Assembly (NCBI GenBank): GCA_016207245.1
Contig: JACQQA010000007.1
Location: 1 to 60,936 of the forward strand
Source of the DNA: Candidatus Magasanikiibacteriota bacterium
Lineage (GTDB): Bacteria > Patescibacteriota > Patescibacteriia > Magasanikbacterales > UBA922
Length of the DNA stretch: 60,936 nt
Direction of reading: 5' to 3'
Positions 35,420 to 43,410 of the stretch are shown here, piece by piece (position 1 is the first letter of the stretch; the number at the start of each line of letters is the position of its first letter). The notes under the pieces were generated by a model. The model was not told the DNA's origin and did no database searches. It saw nothing but the letters and a program-made list of their open reading frames with translations. Both the position numbers and the translations under genes were made by a program.

Positions 35420-35656
35420 GTTTGGAGGGAAGTAGGGGAGTCTTTGCCAGCTAAGACTCCCCAAAAAGGGAAAGGACGGGGTAGAACGTGCTCGTGTCGC
35501 AACCGTTGCGGTTTACTTTGCGTCTGGAGGGACACCGGACGCCAAGTAGCTGGCGATAGTATTTAAACACAGATTTGATTTTTTGGGAAGAGTGGGCTAA
35601 AATGTAATCACGGGATCCGTTACAATCCGTTTAATCCGTGTGCTATCAATCACAAT

Positions 35657-38600
35657 ATGCAAAAAAAATACAACCATAAACAAGTAGAAGCGAAGTGGAA
35701 AAAATATTGGGAAGTAAAAAAATTATACAAAACAAAAGATCCTTCGACTTCGCTCCGCTCCGCTCAGGATAAACCCAAACAATATATCTTGGACATGTTC
35801 CCGTATCCTTCCGGCGCAGGTCTTCATGTCGGCCATCCGAAAGGATATATCGCGACTGATGTGGTTTCCAGAATGAAAATGATGCAGGGCTACAATGTTT
35901 TGCACCCTATGGGTTGGGACGCGTTCGGTTTGCCGGCGGAAAACTACGCGTTGAAAAATAAAGTCCATCCGGCGGTCGCGACCAAAAAAAATATTCAGGT
36001 TTTCAAAAAACAACTTGGCCTTTTGGGTTTCACTTACGATTGGGACCGCGAAATCAACACTACTGATCCCAACTATTACAAATGGACGCAGTGGATATTT
36101 TTGCAGATGTTTAAACGCGGGCTGGCTTATGAATCTAACGAACCGATAAACTGGTGCCCATCATGCAAAACCGGTTTAGCTAACGAGGATTTGGAAGACG
36201 GCAAATGTGAGCGTTGCGGATCAGCCATAGAACAAAAGCCAATGCGGCAGTGGGTTTTGAAAATTACCGATTACGCGGAGAGGTTGTTGAAAGATTTGGA
36301 CACAAAGATTGAAGTACTAATTCCACATGTTATTGATAAAAAGAATCCACCAAAGCCCGGCAAGAAAACGGTTGAAAGAAAAACTATTCATGCGATTGTT
36401 CGTGACCCCAAAACTGGAAAGTTTTTGTGTTTGCATTGGAAAAATCATCCTTGGACAACTTTTATCGTGGGTGGGATTGAAGATAATGAAGAAGTTGTGT
36501 CTGCCGCCAAACGCGAGGTGTTGGAGGAAACAGGTTATGACGATTTGCGATTCGTCAAGATACTGGGTGGACAGATTAAGGCCGAGTATTACGCCGCCCA
36601 TAAAGACGAAAATAGAATTGCGAACGTCACTGGCATACTTTTTGAATTAAATAGTCATAGGCATGTGCCGGTTGCTGCTGAAGAAGCCGACAAACACGAA
36701 GCGATTTGGCTGGATAAGGCCGAGATAACAGAAGAGAGAATGACTTGCGCGGAATTATCATTTTGGCTAGAACAGCTTGATTCGGCCTCTAATAGTTGTC
36801 AATCAAGGCCATTGCTTGACTGGCCGGAATCAATTAAAGAAATGCAGAGAAATTGGATTGGACGTTCCGAAGGCATAAATTTTAAGCATAAAGTCAAAGA
36901 TTTGGGAATTGAATTTGAGGCTTACGACTCAATTCCGCAAACATTTTTAGCGCAGACATTTGTTATTATTGCTCCAGAACATCCATTGGTGAAGAAATTA
37001 GTTGAAGGCACGGATAAAGAAAAATCAGTGATGGCGTTTGCGGAAGAAATTAAGAAAAAAAAACTTAACAAAAAATTTGATATTGAAACCGACATGGAAG
37101 GTATTTTTACAGGTCGGTATTCTGAAAATTATATGGGGACTGGCAAAGATTTACCGATTTGGGTAGCGAGTTTTGCTTTGATGGATTATGGCACTGGTAT
37201 TGTGGGTTGTTCGGCGCATGATGAGAGAGATTTTAAGTTTGCTAAAAAGTACAATTTACCTCTACTTTCGGTTTTGTTTCCTGTGGATAAAGAGCTGGCA
37301 GAAAAAGTCAGAAAGCAAGAAATATTTTATCGCGAGTCAGGTGGAATTTTAGAAGAGCCAAAAAAGTTTGCTGGTATGCGTTGGGATAAAGCGCGCGAGC
37401 CAATTATAGATTATATTGTGGAAAATGGTTGGGGCAGAAAAACTGTCAATTATAAACTCCGCGATTGGGTGTTTTCCCGCCAGCGCTACTGGGGCGAACC
37501 GATTCCGTTGGTGCATTGTGAGAAGTGCGCCCGTCTGCCCGGCGGGCAGGGTTGGGTGGCCGTTTCAGAAAAAGACCTGCCCTTAGAACTTCCCAAAGTA
37601 AAGCATTATGAACCATCAGGCACTGGCGAGTCGCCGTTGGCGAATATCAAAAACTGGGTGAACACAAAATGTCCTCAATGCGGCAGACCGGCAAAACGGG
37701 AGACAAACACAATGCCGCAATGGGCGGGAAGCTGTTGGTACTACCTTGCTTATTGCATGAAACACAAAAATAAGTATGAGTGGGATAAAGAAAAAATTGA
37801 TTATTGGAATCCAGTAGACCTGTATGTCGGCGGGGCGGAGCACGCGACGAGGCATTTGATTTACGCGCGGTTTTGGCACAAGTTTTTGTATGATATCGGC
37901 GCGGTGAGCGCAGTCGAACCATTTACCAAATTGCAGAACGTCGGTTTGATTTTAGCCGAGGACGGACGCAAGATGAGCAAGCGTTGGAATAATGTTATCA
38001 ATCCCGATGATGTCGTTAAACAATACGGCGCGGACGCGATGCGGTTGTATGAAATGTTTATGGGACCGTTTGATCAACCTTGTGCGTGGAGCACACAGGG
38101 AGTGGTGGGGATGTGTCGTTTTCTTGATAAAGTATGGAATTTGAAAGCAAGAATTACAAGTTACAAGAAACCCGCCTATCGGCGAGGCAGGCAAGATACA
38201 AACAATATCCAATATACAATATCCAATATACAAGTGATATTGCATCAAACCATCAAAAAAGTCACCGAAGATATTGAAAATTTAAGATTCAACACCGCGA
38301 TTTCGCAGTTGATGATACTTACCAATGAAATGTCTCGGTCGGAAGTCATAAGTCCTACGTCATACGCCACACTACTTCAACTCCTCGCCCCCTTCGCTCC
38401 CCACATTTGCGAAGAACTCTGGAGCCAGCTCGGCAATAAGAAATCAATCTTCTCGTCCGACTGGCCAAAATATGACGCGGATAAATTGGCCTTTGACACC
38501 ATGAAACTCGCGGTGCAGGTGAATGGACGGGTGCGCGCGACGATTGAAGTGGCGACTGATGCCAGCGAGGAGGAAATAAAATCTTCTGCTTTAGCGGATG

Positions 38601-38683
38601 AAAATGTAAAGAAGTGGTTGGAGGGCAAAGAGCCGAAGAAAATTTTTTATGTGAGAGGGAGGTTGGTGTCGGTTGTTGTTTAA
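35657..38683 (+). CDS. leuS: Leucine--tRNA ligase with an inserted NUDIX domain
   Basis: HIGH (HVGHPKG), the Zn module CPSCKTGL...CERCG, [18 protein letters not shown], CP1 ([14 protein letters not shown]) and KMSKRWNN. At 1008 aa it is longer than the roughly 800-860 aa typical of bacteria. Confidence 0.95.
   Translation: [1008 protein letters not shown]
36302..36820 (+). other. 173-aa NUDIX hydrolase domain inserted in LeuRS (aa 216-388)
   Basis: Nudix box G272-Y294, [23 protein letters not shown] (nt 36470-36538), fits GX5EX7REUXEEXGU exactly. Confidence 0.85.
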
Positions 38684-38686
38684 TCC

Positions 38687-40201
38687 GTGTTTTATTTGTT
38701 TATGTGGGAGGGGATTATTAATTCAAAAAGCAAGACGTTTTTAACGTTTTGTTTTTGTTTTATCATCGGGGTGGCGGCAGCGTCTCTCTTAGAATTAAAA
38801 ATTGGATTTCTTTATCTCTATCTATCTTTATTTATAATCGTCACTCTTTTAATCATTTTTTGGCAAAACAAAATAACGCGGTTTTTCGTTATTTGTATTC
38901 TGTTTTTTGTTATCGGCGTTATCCGTTATCTCCTCGCTTTCCCATTATCTTCAAACCACATCGCTAATTATGTTGGCAAAAAAGCGGAGTTGACCGGTTT
39001 TGTATCCAGAGAGCCGGACGTGAGAGAAGATGGTGTTAGATATGTTTTGAAAATCAAAAATCCTAAATCAAAAATCCTAAATCACGAAATTGATGGCCGG
39101 GTTTATTTTAAATCAAATCTCTATCCTCGTTTTCAATACGGGGATGTATTGAAATTAAATTGTGAGCTGGAAAAACCGGAAGCGAGCGATGACTTTCGTT
39201 ATGATATGTATATGGCGAAAGAGGGGATATTCGCGCTCTGTCAATCGCCGTGGGCGGAAAAGGTTGGAGAGGGTGAAGGATTTTTCGCGTATAGCGCGAT
39301 TTTGTGGTTGAAAAATAAAGCGGCGGACAAAATTAATTTGCTTTGGCATGAGCCGATGGCGAGTTTTATGGCCGGTTTGCTTTACGGCTATCGCGGCGGG
39401 TTGGGGGAGTTGAATCAGGCATTCAATCGCACCGGCATTACGCACATTGTCGCGATTTCCGGTTATAATATCAGCATTATTGCGACAATTTTAATTGCCT
39501 TTTTTACTTTTTTATATATTCCGCGCAAAAAAGCGTTTTGGCTGGTCTGCGGAGGAATTTTATTATTCGTAATTTTTGCCGGCGCCAGCGCTTCGGTCGT
39601 GCGGGCCGGCATTATGGGCGCGTTAGTTTTGCTGGCAAAACAACTTGGTCGGTTGTCTCGCGTTGGCAATGTGCTGGCTCTGTCAGCGGTATTAATGTTG
39701 CTCCAGAATCCGTTGGTTCTCCGTTGGGATGCCGGTTTTCAACTTTCTTTCGCCGCGACATTGGGTTTAGTTTATTTGTCGCCAAGAATTCAACGCTGGT
39801 TTGTCAGATTACCGGAATTTTATGGTCTGCGTGAGACTTTTGTTTCAACTATTGCCGCGATTATCGCGACTCTGCCGTTGATTTTATTTAATTTCGGCCG
39901 CTTGTCAATCGTCGCGCCAATCGTGAATGTGTTAGTTTTGTGGTTGATTCCGTTCCTGATGCTGTTTGGATTTCTTGCTGTAGTGTTAAGTCTTATTTTT
40001 CTCCCGGCCGGGCAAGTCGTCGCGTGGATCGCTTGGGTTGGATTAAAATATATCGTACTCGTCGTAACTTGGTTTAGCAATCTCAAATGGGCGGCGATTG
40101 AATTTAGGATTAATTGGGTTATAATGGTATTATTGTACTTATTGATAATCTCTATTTTTTATGCCAAAAGTAAAAATTTTAGATTCCAAAGTCGGTTATA
40201 A
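38687..40201 (+). CDS. comEC: ComEC/Rec2 competence channel protein (DUF4131 plus Competence domains, no MBL domain)
   Basis: Polytopic, with an OB-like N-terminal region and FNRTGITHIVAISGYNISI, typical of the Competence domain. Confidence 0.8.
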   Translation: MFYLFMWEGIINSKSKTFLTFCFCFIIGVAAASLLELKIGFLYLYLSLFIIVTLLIIFWQNKITRFFVICILFFVIGVIRYLLAFPLSSNHIANYVGKKAELTGFVSREPDVREDGVRYVLKIKNPKSKILNHEIDGRVYFKSNLYPRFQYGDVLKLNCELEKPEASDDFRYDMYMAKEGIFALCQSPWAEKVGEGEGFFAYSAILWLKNKAADKINLLWHEPMASFMAGLLYGYRGGLGELNQAFNRTGITHIVAISGYNISIIATILIAFFTFLYIPRKKAFWLVCGGILLFVIFAGASASVVRAGIMGALVLLAKQLGRLSRVGNVLALSAVLMLLQNPLVLRWDAGFQLSFAATLGLVYLSPRIQRWFVRLPEFYGLRETFVSTIAAIIATLPLILFNFGRLSIVAPIVNVLVLWLIPFLMLFGFLAVVLSLIFLPAGQVVAWIAWVGLKYIVLVVTWFSNLKWAAIEFRINWVIMVLLYLLIISIFYAKSKNFRFQSRL

Positions 40202-40766
40202 TTTATTGGCTGATTATTACGCCAGTAAAGAGAAGTACTGGAATAGTTTTGAAAAAGACAAAGTCCTGCCGATGCTCGGCGATTTAAAAGATAAGAAAGT
40301 TTTAGATGTCGGAGCTGGGACAGGGAGATTGGCCTTAAGAATTGCCCATGCCGGCGCGCAGGTGACGGTGTTGGATGTGTCAAGGGAAATGTTAAAAAAA
40401 GTACAAATTACAAATTACAAATTACAAATTATTATTGGCGATGTTGAAAATTTGCCGTTTGCTGACGAAAGCTTTGACGCTGTGATTGCGACATTTTTAA
40501 TCGTACATTTGAAAGATTTGCGAAAGTTTTTTGATGAAGCTTATAGAGTATTAAAAACTGGCGGGTTGTTTTTGGTTACTAATATTAACCAGCGAAAAGC
40601 TCCGGCAATAAAAACAAAAGACGGATTGGTTGAAATTGAATCTTTTTATCACCGTCCTGAAGCCGTGGTTAAATTGCTGGAAGAATTGGCATTTTCAGTT
40701 GAGAAAAATGAATTTGTGAGAGAAGGGGAGAATTGGGTCAATCAGATCGTTTTGGCTAAGAAATAA
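40161..40766 (+). CDS. Class I SAM-dependent methyltransferase
   Basis: VLDVGAGTGRLALRIA motif I. It contains an in-frame (acaaatt)x4 repeat at 40403-40430. Confidence 0.8.
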   Translation: MPKVKILDSKVGYNLLADYYASKEKYWNSFEKDKVLPMLGDLKDKKVLDVGAGTGRLALRIAHAGAQVTVLDVSREMLKKVQITNYKLQIIIGDVENLPFADESFDAVIATFLIVHLKDLRKFFDEAYRVLKTGGLFLVTNINQRKAPAIKTKDGLVEIESFYHRPEAVVKLLEELAFSVEKNEFVREGENWVNQIVLAKK

Positions 40767-40770
40767 ATTT

Positions 40771-41697
40771 ATGTTTAGGGCAGCAAAAGTAGTTTTTATT
40801 TTATTAATAATCACTTTCGGACTGATTTTTTATGTTAGGTTTGAGAATGGAAAAATGGAAGTTAAAGTAGATAGCAAAGAGAGTGTTGTTGATAAAAACC
40901 GGAAAGAAAATTTGCGGATAACTTTTTTAGACATCGGCCAAGGCGACGCGAGTTTTATTGAGTTTCCGACCGGCGAGCAGATGCTGGTTGATTGCGCGGT
41001 GGACAGCAGAATTTTGTCCGCTCTCGGACGCGTAATGGAGTTTTATGATAATAATTTGGATTATTTAGTAGTCACCCATCCGGATTCCGATCATTATGGC
41101 GGCTGTGAAGATGTTTTGCGCCGTTTTCAGGTAAAAAATATTATTTATAATGACGCGAAAAAATACAACGATCCGGTTTGGCGCTCCTTCTGGCAGGCGG
41201 TTCAAAACGAGAACGCGGTTTATTATCCGATTAATCAACCGGTCATTTGGCAGATTGGCAGCGGCACAATTAACTTCATCTATCCCGACCACTCGGTCGC
41301 GTCAAGCACCGCTTTTGCTCCCGGACAAAAAGAAATGGGGGATAATAATGCTTCGGTTGTCTTTCGTTTAGATTATGCCGGGCACAGAGTTTTGTTTACT
41401 GGAGATATGGAAAACGAGCTGGAGCAATATTTAATTAACAAAAACAGTGGACAATTAAAATCCGATATTTTGAAAGTCGGCCACCACGGCAGCGGCGGAG
41501 CATCCGGGAAATTATTTTTGGAAGCAGTGGCGCCGGAATACGCCGGAATTTCCGTTGGCGCGGACAATACTTACGGTCATCCCTCATTGCGGGTCTTAAA
41601 ACGTCTTGACCGCGTCGGAGCGAAAGTGTTTAGAACTGATTTGGACCGTGATATTGTCTTCGAAATAACCGCTGACGGCACTATCTTGAAAAAATAG
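40771..41697 (+). CDS. MBL-fold metallohydrolase (ComEC C-terminal-domain-like)
   Basis: N-terminal TM, FLDIGQGDASFIE, VVTHPDSDHYGG and VGHHGS. Confidence 0.8.
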   Translation: MFRAAKVVFILLIITFGLIFYVRFENGKMEVKVDSKESVVDKNRKENLRITFLDIGQGDASFIEFPTGEQMLVDCAVDSRILSALGRVMEFYDNNLDYLVVTHPDSDHYGGCEDVLRRFQVKNIIYNDAKKYNDPVWRSFWQAVQNENAVYYPINQPVIWQIGSGTINFIYPDHSVASSTAFAPGQKEMGDNNASVVFRLDYAGHRVLFTGDMENELEQYLINKNSGQLKSDILKVGHHGSGGASGKLFLEAVAPEYAGISVGADNTYGHPSLRVLKRLDRVGAKVFRTDLDRDIVFEITADGTILKK

Positions 41698-41802
41698 TAT
41701 AAAGGGAGTAAATTACACCTCATCACTACACCCCTGCACCACACCATCACTTGGCGATTCGGTGATGTGGTGATGAAGTGATGCCGTGATAAAGTGACAC
41801 TT

Positions 41803-41961
41803 ATGAAAAATTACTCCTCAAATCGCGCGCAAAAAGGCAAAACCGCATACCGCACACCGAGCCGGTGGATTAAAAATCGTCCGGAGAGTTTTAAGAAGGC
41901 GCAGGGGACTAAGTTAAATGATCTAAAGTCGTATTTCCAGCGTAAGAGTGTTGTGAAATAA
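41803..41961 (+). CDS. Possible 52-aa basic small protein
   Basis: MKNYSSNRAQKGKTAYRTPSRWIKNRPESFKKAQGTKLNDLKSYFQRKSVVK. It sits between two hairpin-forming repeats, with no SD (as for native genes). It is not in the ORF track. Confidence 0.3.
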   Translation: MKNYSSNRAQKGKTAYRTPSRWIKNRPESFKKAQGTKLNDLKSYFQRKSVVK

Positions 41962-42050
41962 GAGATAAGAGATAAAATTTTTAACAAAATTATTTCTTAA
42001 TTATCTCTTATCTCCCATCTCTATTATTTATTTAATCATCGCTCTGTTAT

Positions 42051-42770
42051 ATGTCAAAAGAATCTCCTTACAAAATTCTCTCCGTCGGCGGTTCAATCAT
42101 TATCCCCAAAACCGGTTTTGACGTTAAATTTTTGAAAAAATTTCGTCAATTAATTTTGTCGCGAGTAAGAAAAGGCGATAAGTTTGTGTTGGTTATTGGG
42201 GGTGGAGCGACTTGTCGGGCGTATCAAAACGCACTCACCCAAGCCATAAAATTGCCAAACCGGCAGCTGCATTGGCTCGGAATTTATACCACTTGGTTTA
42301 ACGCGGAGTTTGTGAGATTATTGTTTTCCGGTAAGTATGTTTACGAAAGTGTAATCAAGAATCCAACTGATAAAATAGTTACTAACAAATCAATCATTAT
42401 CGCCGGCGGATGGAAGCCGGGATTTTCCACTGACACTGATTCAGTTTTGTTGGCAAAACAATTTTGCGCGAAAGAAGTGTTGAATCTCTCTAACATTGAT
42501 TATGTTTACGATAAAGACCCGAATAAATTTTCTAATACAAAAAAAATAGAAAAAATAAATTGGAAAGATTTTCGCAAGAATATTGTCGGTTATAAATGGC
42601 TGCCCGGCAAAAATTCTCCATTTGATCCTATCGCCAGCGGATTAGCCGATAAGTTGGGTTTGAAGGTAATGATAATGAACGGGAATAATTTAGCAGAAGT
42701 TAGGAAAGCGTTGGAGGGACGGAGGTTTAAGGGGACAGTTATACAATCATTTGACACGCTTTCAACGTAG
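42051..42770 (+). CDS. Amino-acid-kinase-fold protein, archaeal-type UMP kinase-like
   Basis: KILSVGGSIIIPK near the N-terminus and VLVIGGGATCRAY. Length is 239 aa. Confidence 0.5.
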   Translation: MSKESPYKILSVGGSIIIPKTGFDVKFLKKFRQLILSRVRKGDKFVLVIGGGATCRAYQNALTQAIKLPNRQLHWLGIYTTWFNAEFVRLLFSGKYVYESVIKNPTDKIVTNKSIIIAGGWKPGFSTDTDSVLLAKQFCAKEVLNLSNIDYVYDKDPNKFSNTKKIEKINWKDFRKNIVGYKWLPGKNSPFDPIASGLADKLGLKVMIMNGNNLAEVRKALEGRRFKGTVIQSFDTLST

Positions 42771-42801
42771 ATGTATAATATATTGGCTTAATTTTTTAAT
42801 T

Positions 42802-43338
42802 ATGATAGATACAAAAGAACCAACACTTAAAAACGTTTTAGATGCGTTTAACAATTATGCTTTCCATACTGATCAGCAGTTGGGTGGGATCAAAGAAGAG
42901 ATTGGTGGCATAAAGACTGAGATTGGTGGGATCAAAGAAGAGATTGGTGGCATAAAGACTGAGATTGGTGGAATCAAAGAAGAGATTGGTGGCATAAAGA
43001 CTGAGATTGGTGGAATCAAAGAAGAGATTGGTGGCATAAAGACTGAGATTGGTGGGATGAGAGGTGAGATTGATATGATTATGGAAGAGGTGGGTGGCAC
43101 GAAAGTAGAAATGAGCGGCCTGAGAGCGGACATCGCCGATATTAGGGCTCAAATGGTAACCAAGTCATATCTTGATGATAAGCTGGCAGATTTACGCGGC
43201 GATTTAACTGTATTAATGCGCAAAGAAGACACAAAGCTAAAAGCTCTAGTGGATATTTTAACAAAGAAGAAAGTTTTATCCACTGAAGAAACTAAAATTA
43301 TTTTTTCAATGGAGCCCTTTCCACAGTTGGCATTGTAA
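42802..43338 (+). CDS. Tandem-heptad repeat protein (GGIKEEI/GGIKTEI)
   Basis: I prefer the ATG at 42802 (MIDTKEPTLKNV). The central region is the 42-bp x4 repeat, and the C-terminal part is coiled-coil-like. Confidence 0.6.
   Translation: MIDTKEPTLKNVLDAFNNYAFHTDQQLGGIKEEIGGIKTEIGGIKEEIGGIKTEIGGIKEEIGGIKTEIGGIKEEIGGIKTEIGGMRGEIDMIMEEVGGTKVEMSGLRADIADIRAQMVTKSYLDDKLADLRGDLTVLMRKEDTKLKALVDILTKKKVLSTEETKIIFSMEPFPQLAL
42883..43050 (+). repeat. Four near-perfect 42-bp tandem repeats (each being two 21-bp sub-repeats)
   Basis: Unit ggtgggatcaaagaagagattggtggcataaagactgagatt at 42883, 42925, 42967 and 43009. A degenerate fifth unit follows. Confidence 0.95.
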
Positions 43339-43410
43339 TTTTCCCGCATCATTCTAAGAGTACGGGCACTTGCCCGTATTTTTATTACCCTTGAAAAGAG
43401 GGGTGTTCTA

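Noticed and set aside
35468-35481. An RNase P RNA-like motif (gggaaaggacgggg compared with the GAGGAAAGUCCGGGC core), and a possible T-box leader for leuS.
   Set aside because: The motif is only a partial match, and the GC-rich segment (about 140 nt) is far too short for RNase P RNA. I found no T-box consensus (AAnnnGGGTGGTACCGCG-like) or specifier-loop architecture.
42883-43050. Possible CRISPR array, given the regular 42-bp repeats.
   Set aside because: The units are contiguous with no spacers and lie in frame inside a protein gene. No cas genes are present in the window.
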